Below are positions 28,628 through 37,082 of a stretch of 58,409 nucleotides of DNA, piece by piece. Position 1 is the first letter of the stretch. Every line of letters begins with the position of its first letter. A program made the position numbers and the translations under genes. Under the pieces are notes generated by a model, which ran no database searches, was not told the origin of the DNA, and saw only the letters and a program-made list of their open reading frames with translations. Source of the stretch: Minisyncoccota bacterium (GTDB lineage Bacteria > Patescibacteriota > Minisyncoccia > Phycocordibacterales > XYD1-FULL-46-19); contig JBBDJY010000006.1 of the NCBI GenBank assembly GCA_040879645.1, positions 33,831-92,239 of the forward strand, given 5' to 3'.

Positions 28628-29944
28628 ATGAAATCAAATATTTTAATTGTTGCATTGTTAATAGTTTTATTAGGTTTAGGGGGATATTATTTTCTTGATA
28701 ACAAAAATAAATCGAGTCATTTCAAAAAAGATCAAACAACTAAGCAAGAAGATAATTTTGATTCAAGTATTATACCCAAAAGAGACTCCAATAATATTGA
28801 TAATGCTGAAGATATAGAAACAGACCAGCCCATTATTGAAAGTTCAAATACAGGTGAATCATCTATCGTGAGTGAGAAACCGCTTGCTGTAAATTCTGCT
28901 GAACTGAATATTGGTAATATAGAAATTCGCGCAATTGTTGTAAATATAGATGAAACAGGTGATAAATATGGATCATATGGTCAGAAATTTACCCAACAAA
29001 AAATATCTGAAGTAGAAAGTGCACTTAATCGTTTAAAGTCTTTTATAAAACAAAGTTCATATGAAAAAGCTAATTTGACTTGGGATATAACTGGTGTGTA
29101 CGAGCTTGGTTCTGGAGTATGTAACCATTCTTCTTATGGTGAAAAGACAGAAGATTTGATACAAAGAGCATTAAAGGCATCTGATTCCGAAAAACAACTT
29201 GATAGTAAAACTTATTATCTGGTGGTACACCCAAGTCCAGATTGCTCAGATGGTCAAATGTGGTCTTATGAAGGTAAGGGTACTTATAAAAATTATACGG
29301 TCAATGGTCGTACAATTAGCGCTCGTGGGGTAAGAATCTCAGACTTATCAGACTTTTATTTATTTCATGAATTTGGTCATAGTTTAGGATATAAACCAAA
29401 TACAGGTATTGGACATCCGGATTATTTAAAATGCTCTCTTAGTGAATCAAACAACCAGACCACGATAAACCTATCAAACAGCTGCCAGCAAATTTATGAC
29501 TGGAGTTCTGGAAATATTCCTACTTTTTCAGTTATGACAGGAAACAGAAGTACACTATCTGACTATTCAGTTTTGGAGAAAAATATAATTGGCTGGTTAT
29601 CAGATTCAGATATAATGGAAACTACTTCGGGCACCTATGAGTTAGGACCAGTTGAACAAAAGAGTGATAAGTTAAAAGCCTTGAAAATTCCAGTTACTGG
29701 TATTGATTATGATATTTACTTATCATATAGAAAACCAAGTAATTCAAATACAAGTAATGGGTATAATGGCGTCATGCTTGAAACCCTAAAATATAATTCT
29801 ATAATAAGTTTTTTAGTTACAGACAATTATGATATGGATAAATCTTTGGAAGTTGGGAAAAAATATCGTCTAGGAGATAACGGACCTACTATTATCGTTA
29901 ATAGTATTTTAAATAATACAGCTTCAATTACAGTGAGCAAATAA
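28628..29944 (+). CDS. secreted putative zinc metalloprotease (HExxH)
   Basis: Signal/anchor sequence MKSNILIVALLIVLLGLGGYYF and a zincin motif FHEFGHSLG. I prefer ATG 28628, although the track ORF starts at 28562 inside the repeat. Confidence 0.5.
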   Translation: MKSNILIVALLIVLLGLGGYYFLDNKNKSSHFKKDQTTKQEDNFDSSIIPKRDSNNIDNAEDIETDQPIIESSNTGESSIVSEKPLAVNSAELNIGNIEIRAIVVNIDETGDKYGSYGQKFTQQKISEVESALNRLKSFIKQSSYEKANLTWDITGVYELGSGVCNHSSYGEKTEDLIQRALKASDSEKQLDSKTYYLVVHPSPDCSDGQMWSYEGKGTYKNYTVNGRTISARGVRISDLSDFYLFHEFGHSLGYKPNTGIGHPDYLKCSLSESNNQTTINLSNSCQQIYDWSSGNIPTFSVMTGNRSTLSDYSVLEKNIIGWLSDSDIMETTSGTYELGPVEQKSDKLKALKIPVTGIDYDIYLSYRKPSNSNTSNGYNGVMLETLKYNSIISFLVTDNYDMDKSLEVGKKYRLGDNGPTIIVNSILNNTASITVSK

Positions 29945-30101
29945 ACAGTGTAATCAAGGGTGGGCTATGAAAAAACATTACTTTCTGTGAGTAAACAGGT
30001 TCTAGTATCGTCCAAGAGACCTAACCAACTAGTGAGAGTGACCATGAGGCCTAAAGTGATTTTGACTTAGACTTTTTAATTTAACTAAGTATAATTTCGG
30101 T

Positions 30102-30755
30102 ATGTCACAGATTCAAGCAGGAGTTTCTAATAGAAAAATGTCAGTTAAAGAATTATTCAGTTCTCCTAGATTCTATTTTTCCTTATTTCCTCATCTTTTT
30201 TCTTTATTTTTAATTTTTTCAAATAATTTAGGGTATTTTTATGTTTTCTTAATTTTTTATCTAGAGTTATTAGTAGACAATTTTATTTTGAGTTTTTCTG
30301 TTCTTTTAATGAAGACAGAAGAAGTTCAAAGACTATATAAAAGCAATTGGCCTAAGGTGCTTCTAGCTTTAAGGAGTTTTTTGGGAGGATTATTACTTTG
30401 TTTATTTTTTGGTTTGTTTGCTACATTTATTTTTTTAAGCACTGAAGGCTTTTTTATTAAAGATTTACTAACTAATAAGATTGTTCTTTTGGTGGTTGGG
30501 GTTTATATCGTAACTAAATTACTCAATCTCATTGTAGATATATTTAAACACAAATCTAGACCACAAATTAGACTGGAGGTCGGTAAGTCGTTTATTACAA
30601 ATTTAGTAGCTTTGATGATATTTACGGTCCCGGGAATACATATATTATTGTTGCTTAATATGTTTGTGGAAAATATTCAATTTGTGGCGATAATTTTGTT
30701 GTTTGTGATAAAAGCTTACATTGATTCGGCTGTTGCTGTCCAATTAAGTAGGTGA
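30102..30755 (+). CDS. multi-pass membrane protein, unknown function
   Basis: 217 aa with about 6 hydrophobic segments. AT-rich. Confidence 0.5.
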   Translation: MSQIQAGVSNRKMSVKELFSSPRFYFSLFPHLFSLFLIFSNNLGYFYVFLIFYLELLVDNFILSFSVLLMKTEEVQRLYKSNWPKVLLALRSFLGGLLLCLFFGLFATFIFLSTEGFFIKDLLTNKIVLLVVGVYIVTKLLNLIVDIFKHKSRPQIRLEVGKSFITNLVALMIFTVPGIHILLLLNMFVENIQFVAIILLFVIKAYIDSAVAVQLSR

Positions 30756-30893
30756 CAGTTAATTAATTTTTAAGTAAAAAAGTTCCAACATCGTACCACA
30801 CAGCCAGCCAAAAAATTACAGGAAAATGGAGCCAGCCACTATTTAAGCCATAAAAAGGTGGCTTGACCCCATTTTTCATTTTCATTTTTCCCT

Positions 30894-31256
30894 TTACATT
30901 GTCTGACCGCGATCAAGTTTTGTTGCGGCTTCTCTTGTTGAGACTGTTCTGTTCATGAGGAAAAGGTGGATGATACCTATTGCAATAACCCAATACACGA
31001 ACATAGCGAGAAGAGTTGTCCATTCAAGTACACTTCCCTCAATGGCGCTTCTTTTAAAAACGGAAGCAAAAGGTCCTGCGAATGGTGAGGTGACGCTATA
31101 GATAAAACTTGAAAAACCAGCATATGGATTTGCGCCCATCATTTTTAGAATAAACCTGAACGCTAAGAGTGTTTCAATAATACCAAGTATGTACCAAACA
31201 ATCTGTGTGCCACGATATATCGGTTTTGTTGAAGCTGAGTTATATGATGAATTCAT
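30894..31256 (-). CDS. YggT-family membrane protein
   Basis: YGGT-like pattern (..ETLLAFRFILKMMGANPYAGFSSFIYSVTSPFAGPF..) with two TM helices. Confidence 0.6.
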   Translation of the reverse strand: MNSSYNSASTKPIYRGTQIVWYILGIIETLLAFRFILKMMGANPYAGFSSFIYSVTSPFAGPFASVFKRSAIEGSVLEWTTLLAMFVYWVIAIGIIHLFLMNRTVSTREAATKLDRGQTM

Positions 31257-31298
31257 ATTTTTTATAAATTAAAATTAATAAGTAACCTTTCTTTTTTA

Positions 31299-31430
31299 TT
31301 ACTTTATCAACCGTAAAACAACTAAAACAAGCACTATTACTAATAGCGCGTGAATGAGACTTCCACCAAAACTAAAGCTGAAACCAAGAAGCCATAGAAT
31401 CAGTAGTACAACTGCAATTGTCCAAATCAT
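31299..31430 (-). CDS. Lmo0937-family small membrane protein (43 aa)
   Basis: Below the track cutoff. The translation MIWTIAVVLLILWLLGFSFSFGGSLIHALLVIVLVLVVLRLIK matches the MLWTIxVILxxLWLLGF..GGxxIHxLLVIA pattern of this family. Confidence 0.65.
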   Translation of the reverse strand: MIWTIAVVLLILWLLGFSFSFGGSLIHALLVIVLVLVVLRLIK

Positions 31431-31505
31431 ATTTTATTATGTTAACTGTTAACATATAAGCCGTTTGAGAGGCATTAAGGTGACAAGGCTCAGTTACAAA
31501 AACTC

Positions 31506-32027
31506 CTACCTTAATCCCATCTTCTTATCATCTACTCTAAACAAGACGGCTAGCTCGTCAACTCCTCTACGGATTTGGACAACCACCGTATTGTTTTTTT
31601 GTTTTGTAATTTGGGCAATCTCTTTAATCGTTTTTTCTTCTTCAAACCGCATTGAAACAACTTTTCGATGTTTTTCTTTAAGAAGAGGGATTAGTAGCAT
31701 TGCTGTTTTTCCGTCAGCCTGATTTATCAACCGTTCGGAGTCATCAAATGCTATTTGGAAACCTCCTTCTTCCAAAACATCGAGCGAGATGGATTTATTT
31801 TTTCTATATTCATCTACAATCAGGTTATTAAGAATATGAAAGAGAAATCCTTTTATATGTTTAATCTTATCTTCTTTCAACAGATATTCCCAAGTTTTTA
31901 GAAAAGTAGTTTGCACTAAATCATCAGAAAGATCCCTGTTGCCCAGTTTGAAGAAAGATTGTTTTAAAAGTGCCCTCTCGTGGTCTTTATAGGCACGAAT
32001 AATCACCTCTTCTTTGATCTTGTCCAT
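31506..32027 (-). CDS. RNA polymerase sigma factor, ECF/sigma-70 family
   Basis: Region 2-like sequence (DLVQTTFLKTWEY) and a region 4 HTH (MRFEEEKTIKEIAQITKQKNNTVVVQIRRG). Confidence 0.75.
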   Translation of the reverse strand: MDKIKEEVIIRAYKDHERALLKQSFFKLGNRDLSDDLVQTTFLKTWEYLLKEDKIKHIKGFLFHILNNLIVDEYRKNKSISLDVLEEGGFQIAFDDSERLINQADGKTAMLLIPLLKEKHRKVVSMRFEEEKTIKEIAQITKQKNNTVVVQIRRGVDELAVLFRVDDKKMGLR

Positions 32028-32138
32028 ATATTAATTTATACATCATATTAACATTTTTGTCATCATTTTCTTTGTCATACAGCTTCATCAGTATTAAGGA
32101 TCAGGATCCCCCTTATTTACTAATTAACAAATAAGAAA

Positions 32139-32384
32139 ATGAAACAAATAACAACTATTCTAGTGGCTTTAGCTATACTTGCTCTACCAGCCGTATCTTT
32201 CGCCAGCACCTATGATGACCACATAATCCGTAATCAGTTTTTTAAAAAAGAAGGGGTTGGTTATAAGAAGACCATGGAGTATTTTATCAGCCTGGTAACA
32301 TTAACCAAAATCGCTATTCCTCAAGAGTTTAAGCAGGAGATTAAAGACGCTCGCTCTAATCCAACCGAGTCAGTCTTCAAATAG
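32139..32384 (+). CDS. chimeric small ORF: signal peptide fused to a duplicated Nudix-gene fragment
   Basis: The N-terminus MKQITTILVALAILALPAVSFAS is signal-peptide-like. Residues ~36-72 (KEGVGYKKTMEYFISLVTLTKIAIPQEFKQEIKDAR) copy the middle of the Nudix protein encoded at 36566-37006. Confidence 0.35.
   Translation: MKQITTILVALAILALPAVSFASTYDDHIIRNQFFKKEGVGYKKTMEYFISLVTLTKIAIPQEFKQEIKDARSNPTESVFK
32238..32354 (+). repeat. ~115-nt duplicated Nudix fragment, copy 1
   Basis: Aligns to 36793-36907 with about 13 mismatches in ~106 nt (manual count). Confidence 0.8.
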
Positions 32385-32393
32385 TTGCGCTGT

Positions 32394-33416
32394 CTAAAGT
32401 CGCTCGATATACATCAAATCGGGATTGTAACGACCTTGGCCATCAATGAAGATCTGTTCGAAGTAAAGGAAGCGACCATTGGCAGTGAGAGACGGTTCGC
32501 CGACCGCGAACTTACTCGTGACTACCATCTCTGGTTGAGCCCAAGCGTTGGCGCCGAGGCGTTGAGAACGATAAATAGAGAAGGTGGTTTCCGGACCAAA
32601 CGAAGCGCCGTAATAGAGGTACCCATCATGGAAAAACGGGGTCATACTGTCGCCATTGCCGTTGATCGGTTCGGCCAGAAGTTCCGGCGTTTGCCATTGG
32701 TTGCCCACCTTAACCGAACGATAAAGGTTCTTGCCGGAGAAATGAGCCGGCCGATCGCTCCAAAAGATCATCTCGTCATCGCTGGCGTTAACATGAGGAT
32801 CAGAATCGCTATAGCCGTCCACGCTTACGGCCGCCACTTTAATCTTCGGACCCCAGACCCCGTTCGTTCGCACGGCGTAGCCGATATCTTCAACATCACC
32901 GGTAAAGGCATGCATAAAGTAGGCCTTATTAGCTCCGGCATAAGTGAACCCACCCACCGGCCCGCTTTGAGTCAACGGGTGGGGCACCGGCTCGCTCCAC
33001 TGACTGCCATTCTTAACGCTATAGAATAGATCGGCGCGAGGCCACTGCCCACACGGATGAGGTTGGGGTTTGAGCGGATGAGTGCAAGAGTTGTCTCGAT
33101 CGCGAACCGGTCCACTCACCAACGGTTTCGAACCCCCACTATAGATTAGATTGAAGACATCAACCGTCGTGTAAATGAAGAAAAATTCCTTTCCATCGGG
33201 AGAAATATAATCTCCTTCCTCCCAACCGTCATTACTGATCGATAATCGTTTCGGCGTGCTCCAACCGGTCGCCACTTTTGCCACGTCGCCGGCGCGAATT
33301 TTTTCCCAATAATCGTCGTTGAGCGTATTTGACTTGATTTTATCATCAGCTAGAACCAAGACCGCTAAAATTATCAGAAGCAAGAACCAAAACTTTTTTT
33401 TCTTTAATAATTTCAT
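32394..33416 (-). CDS. secreted TolB-like (PD40/WD40-like) beta-propeller repeat protein
   Basis: N-terminal anchor and recurring PD40-like segments (ISPDGKEFFF, ASDDEMIFWSDR, LTANGRFLYFE). Confidence 0.5.
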   Translation of the reverse strand: MKLLKKKKFWFLLLIILAVLVLADDKIKSNTLNDDYWEKIRAGDVAKVATGWSTPKRLSISNDGWEEGDYISPDGKEFFFIYTTVDVFNLIYSGGSKPLVSGPVRDRDNSCTHPLKPQPHPCGQWPRADLFYSVKNGSQWSEPVPHPLTQSGPVGGFTYAGANKAYFMHAFTGDVEDIGYAVRTNGVWGPKIKVAAVSVDGYSDSDPHVNASDDEMIFWSDRPAHFSGKNLYRSVKVGNQWQTPELLAEPINGNGDSMTPFFHDGYLYYGASFGPETTFSIYRSQRLGANAWAQPEMVVTSKFAVGEPSLTANGRFLYFEQIFIDGQGRYNPDLMYIERL

Positions 33417-33424
33417 TTGATTGA

Positions 33425-33631
33425 TTAACTAAGATAACTGGCCAAATAAGCCGTCAGGGTGACAATGGTCAGACTACCGGCTAAAATTACCGGCCAGAGT
33501 CGACGAAGAGAGACACCAATCATCGCCAAGATAATTATTAAAAGATCGTTGGGTAAAGGAGTAAAAGATAAATAGACATAAGTAGCAGCCAGAACCAACC
33601 ATTCCGGCCAAACTCGCGTTCGCTCAATCAA
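33425..33631 (-). CDS. small membrane protein, possibly a truncated remnant
   Basis: 68-aa ORF with a TTG start and two hydrophobic helices. It abuts the decayed region. Confidence 0.3.
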   Translation of the reverse strand: MIERTRVWPEWLVLAATYVYLSFTPLPNDLLIIILAMIGVSLRRLWPVILAGSLTIVTLTAYLASYLS

Positions 33632-33858
33632 TTAAAGATTAAAAGGTTTGACTTTGTGACTTAAAACGGTCACACCATGTTGAGCGATTAAGAAGAAGAT
33701 CAGATCTTCGTCTGCCGACAACGCATTTCTGATTGCTGAAGATTAAATGATAACGTTGATGCAGTATTCATTGTTGATGACTAAACGTTGGAGACCTCGG
33801 GTCTGACCCTTGATTCGCCTAAGCCGATCGATCAGTTTTTTTGTTTCTAATGTCCATT
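33632..33858 (-). pseudogene. CsoR/RcnR/FrmR-family metal-sensing repressor, decayed
   Basis: The minus strand reads KKLIDRLRRIKGQTRGLQRLVINNEYCINVII*SSAIRNALS.., resembling the family pattern RLxRIEGQxRGxQRMxxxxxYCxDxLxQxSAxxxAL. It has an in-frame TAA, and the upstream ATG is in a different frame. Confidence 0.6.
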
Positions 33859-33930
33859 AATTTTTCCAATATATCTCCACCAGGTATACTAGTCAAGAGT
33901 AAGTTATCCCCTCGTTGAAGAAAGAGATAT

Positions 33931-34205
33931 TCAGACTAGCGTCAGCGTCGTCAGACCCAAAAGAATCAAGAAACCCAAAATGTCGGTCGCGGTGGTAATA
34001 AAGACGGTGGCGGAGGTGGCCGGATTCTTGCCGAAGTAACGCCATAAAAGTGGGATGACGGTGCCGGTTAAACTGGTAATAATTAAACTAAAGATAACCG
34101 ATAAGTTCGACCACTAAACCAAAGAGTGGTCTCTGGTTCAATATCACAGCGATGAGCACCACCAAAATACCGGTAATCAGACTATTGACCAATTCGGTCG
34201 GTGGA
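33931..34205 (-). pseudogene. MgtE-type magnesium transporter, C-terminal fragment with frameshift/stop
   Basis: The minus strand reads ..TGTVIPLLWRYFGKNPATSATVFITTATDILGFLILLGLTTLTLV*, a typical MgtE C-terminus. The upstream TM segment is in another frame and ends in TAG. Confidence 0.6.
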
Positions 34206-34288
34206 TATTTTTACTTTACTGGTGCTGGACCGTCTTTTTGTTTATAATCACTAAAGATTTGAGTTTTTAATCATTTAATTTTAAGACA

Positions 34289-34795
34289 ATGAAACAAGTA
34301 GATCCGAAAGCCGTTTGGTTATTTTTTATTCAATTTGTTTTTGTTGGCATTATCCCTATATTTATATTATCCGGTTGGGCGTCAATGCCTTTTTTGGCCA
34401 TCGCCTCATCACTTAATATTAAAATTTCATTAGCTTTTGTCTTAATCAGCCTATTTCTTCTATTCTGCTTATTCTTTGTCTTTTGTTTTCTTTGGGCTAA
34501 ATTAACCTATCATTTCTATCGTTACGAATTAACCGAAGATGGTTTTCGCAAAGAATTAGGCGTCATCTGGAAAACTTATGTGACCATTCCCTATGACCGT
34601 ATTCAAAATGTCGATATCTATCGTGGTATTTGGGACCGAATTCTTGGCCTATCTACTCTTAATATCCAAACTGCCGGTGCCAGTGGCCGGGTTACCTCTG
34701 AAGGGCGTCTGCCCGGTCTCCGACATACGGTGGCCGAAGAGTTGCGCGATGAAGTCATTCGCCGAGCCCGCCACAATCGGAACCAAGGGCTTTAG
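34289..34795 (+). CDS. bacterial PH-domain (bPH_2, YdbS/YdbT-like) membrane protein
   Basis: Two N-terminal TM helices followed by YELTEDGFRKELGVIWKTYVTIPYDRIQNVDIYRGIWDRILGLSTLNIQTAG. Confidence 0.7.
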   Translation: MKQVDPKAVWLFFIQFVFVGIIPIFILSGWASMPFLAIASSLNIKISLAFVLISLFLLFCLFFVFCFLWAKLTYHFYRYELTEDGFRKELGVIWKTYVTIPYDRIQNVDIYRGIWDRILGLSTLNIQTAGASGRVTSEGRLPGLRHTVAEELRDEVIRRARHNRNQGL

Positions 34796-34803
34796 AGATA
34801 ATC

Positions 34804-34863
34804 AAAAAGCCCGGCGAAATTATCGTCGGGCCTAAAGGAAAGATCTTGTGATGAGGGAGGGAA
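34804..34863 (+). repeat. ~60-nt direct repeat containing a hairpin, copy 1
   Basis: The first 35 nt (aaaaagcccggcgaaattatcgtcgggcctaaagg) are identical to 37966-38000, and similarity continues for ~25 nt. The hairpin GCCCGGCGA / TCGTCGGGC preceded by an A-run would act as a minus-strand terminator. Confidence 0.85.
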
Positions 34864-34982
34864 TAGATAGTCAGGGGAAATCGAGTTAGTCATCATATAT
34901 ACCACGGGGAATTGGTGTAAAAACCCCGGGCCTGAACTTATCTTTCTCATTATTTATTCGGACGAGAGAAAAATAATTATCC

Positions 34983-35609
34983 ATGCTTGTTTTTATCGAC
35001 GACTCGGGAGATGCCGGATTTAAACTTGATAAAGGGTCAAGTCGGTTTTTTGTAATTGCTTTGGTGATATTTGAGGATAATTTGGAAGCGGAAAAAACAG
35101 CTGTCGCGATCAAGGAGTTAAGAAGAAATTTAGGTTTTCCGGAAAACGTAGAATTTAAGTTTTTCAAATCAAAAAACTCGGTTAGGAAAAAATTTTTAGA
35201 GACTATTAGTCCTTTCCAATTTAGAATCAGATCCTTGGTTATAGACAAGAAAATTATCCAGAGCCAAGAGTTAAGAAATAACAAAAACTCTTTCTACAGT
35301 TATATTATTAAAATGGCTCTCAAATATAGTGACAGCTCAATTCTTGATGCCAAAGTAAAAATAGACGGGAGTGGTGATCGGATTTTCCGACGAAACTTTT
35401 TGACTTATTTAAGGAAACAACTTAATTCTGATAATAAGAAAATTATGAGTCAATGTCGTCTGGTTGATTCAAAAACTAACGTACTTATTCAAATGGCTGA
35501 TATGATTACGGGGACTATCCGTCGATCATATGATGAGGATAAGAAAGACGGAGTAAATTTAAAGAAGATTATCGGCAAACATCTACAGGATGAGTGGAGG
35601 TTTAAATGA
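34983..35609 (+). CDS. DUF3800 domain protein
   Basis: The N-terminus MLVFIDDSGDAGFKLDKGSSRFFVIALV is typical of DUF3800. Confidence 0.7.
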   Translation: MLVFIDDSGDAGFKLDKGSSRFFVIALVIFEDNLEAEKTAVAIKELRRNLGFPENVEFKFFKSKNSVRKKFLETISPFQFRIRSLVIDKKIIQSQELRNNKNSFYSYIIKMALKYSDSSILDAKVKIDGSGDRIFRRNFLTYLRKQLNSDNKKIMSQCRLVDSKTNVLIQMADMITGTIRRSYDEDKKDGVNLKKIIGKHLQDEWRFK

Positions 35610-35719
35610 CAACAAAAAAGAACCCTTGCGGGTTCTTTCCAACCACGACCCTAGACTGGTTGTCCCAGCCACGCCACCGTCCAGTGACAGTTCGGGGTAC
35701 AGGTTTTTGTAAAATTATT

Positions 35720-35737
35720 ATATCAAATATTTGATAT
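35720..35737. promoter_or_regulatory. perfect 18-bp palindrome (candidate operator)
   Basis: ATATCAAATATTTGATAT, about 100 nt upstream of the NTase-Nudix gene pair. Confidence 0.5.
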
Positions 35738-35835
35738 TTTGCAAGAGAGAAGTGGATAACCCCGGCATACCTTGTTTGCTCAAAGATTTTTTAGACAAGT
35801 AACTTTAAAGAGTATTTTGATAAATATGAAAAACT

Positions 35836-36546
35836 ATGAATAAAGAGTTTAGTCAAAAAATGATGGCGATTCGTAACCGGACCGTAAAGGAAATCGTAAA
35901 CTTTTTTAAAGTTGAAGCGATTGAAGCGCATATTTTGGGTTCTTTGGCTAAAGGAACAAATGATGCTTTGAGTGATGTTGATATTTGGCTGACATTTGAA
36001 GATGAGAAAATGCCGACGGTGCTGGAAAAAAGAATGGCGACTTATGCCCAATTTGGACAAATCATTTTACTTAATGAAATGCCGAACAATTTTCCCTTAA
36101 ATGGTGTGCAGACGGCTGTTCTCTACAAAATATCCGGTGAATTATTGCGGGTTGATTTTTATCTTTGCCCTCTTTCCAGTTCTCGGATTTTGCCCGGCTC
36201 AAAAATTCTTTTTGCGAATAAAGAAGTGCCGGTTGGAAGTATTATTCCCGAAACCAAGAAAAAACCGGGAAATATTTCAGATCGAATTACTTTTTTAATC
36301 AGCATGTGTTTTATCGCCATCAAAAAGGTAGTAAGGAAAGACCCGGCCTTTACGGATTTTTTACTAAGCGAATTTAGTAAAAGTGAAAAAGACATTCCCG
36401 CTCTGGCCACCGTGCCCAAGGCACACACTTTTGATATGATAAAGAAGGCTTTAGCGGCCCTGGAGACGGTCGCTGATCCAAAACAAAAGACGGCGATCAA
36501 AGAAATAGACAAATTTCTGACAAAAATAGAATCATTGAATTTGTGA
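35836..36546 (+). CDS. nucleotidyltransferase (pol-beta superfamily; AadA/ANT-like architecture)
   Basis: NTase motif GSLAKGTNDALSDVDIW followed by a helical C-terminal domain, 236 aa in total. Confidence 0.6.
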   Translation: MNKEFSQKMMAIRNRTVKEIVNFFKVEAIEAHILGSLAKGTNDALSDVDIWLTFEDEKMPTVLEKRMATYAQFGQIILLNEMPNNFPLNGVQTAVLYKISGELLRVDFYLCPLSSSRILPGSKILFANKEVPVGSIIPETKKKPGNISDRITFLISMCFIAIKKVVRKDPAFTDFLLSEFSKSEKDIPALATVPKAHTFDMIKKALAALETVADPKQKTAIKEIDKFLTKIESLNL

Positions 36547-36565
36547 GATTAAATTGGTAATTGAT

Positions 36566-37006
36566 ATGAAAAAACAAGATAATTCAATCGGTATTATTCC
36601 GGTTCATAAAACAGACGATGGCCCTTGGCTTTTTTGCGCTATTCTCCAATGTCAGGGTCACTGGACTTTCCCCAAGGGTCATCCCGACGCCGGTGAGGCT
36701 AAAATTACTACGGCCAAACGTGAATTGTTTGAAGAAACCGGCTTAATGGCCGAAGAAATTTGGCCGGATAAGGTTTTGATTGAAAAATACTCTTTTGAAA
36801 AAGAGGGGGTTGGTTATGACAAGACCGTGGAGTATTTTATCGGCCTGGTAAATTCAACCAAGATCGCCATTCCCCAAGAATTTAAGCAGGAGATTAAAGA
36901 CGCCCGCTGGGGTACGGCCGAAGAAATCCGGCAATTATTGACTTTCTCGTCTATTAAGGAGGTGTTTGAGGAGGTGATTGTGACTTTATCAGAAAGACAC
37001 AAATAG
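36566..37006 (+). CDS. NUDIX hydrolase
   Basis: Complete Nudix box GHPDAGEAKITTAKRELFEETGL (Gx5Ex7REUxEExGU). The start is at ATG 36566, 20 nt after the NTase stop. Confidence 0.85.
   Translation: MKKQDNSIGIIPVHKTDDGPWLFCAILQCQGHWTFPKGHPDAGEAKITTAKRELFEETGLMAEEIWPDKVLIEKYSFEKEGVGYDKTVEYFIGLVNSTKIAIPQEFKQEIKDARWGTAEEIRQLLTFSSIKEVFEEVIVTLSERHK
36793..36907 (+). repeat. ~115-nt duplicated Nudix fragment, copy 2 (inside the intact gene)
   Basis: See 32238-32354. Confidence 0.8.
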
Positions 37007-37074
37007 CGTGAATTCGGTCCGTTTTAAGCATAAATTCACGCGATATTGCCAAAAATACGTGAATTTGTTATAGT
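37006..37074 (+). promoter_or_regulatory. fic promoter with three CGTGAATT boxes
   Basis: GCGTGAATTC (37006-37015) and its inverted copy (37033-42) form a hairpin. A third, direct copy (37057-66) lies in the 17-nt spacer of TTGCCA (37046-51) and TATAGT (37069-74). The ATG is 8 nt after the -10 hexamer. Confidence 0.5.
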
Positions 37075-37082
37075 GCTATCAT

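Noticed and set aside
27700-31300. Integron-like gene cassettes with attC sites (GTTCTAAC .. GTTAGGAC around 28511-28596).
   Set aside because: Only one intergenic region gives a plausible R''/R' pair. The others lack the inverted partner, no intI gene or attI site is present, and the core sequences deviate from RYYYAAC/GTTRRRY. I report it only as a shared-boundary repeat.
32385-33029. 214-aa plus-strand ORF.
   Set aside because: It is antisense to the PD40-repeat protein (32394-33416), which has a signal anchor and recognisable repeats. The plus-strand ORF has no RBS.
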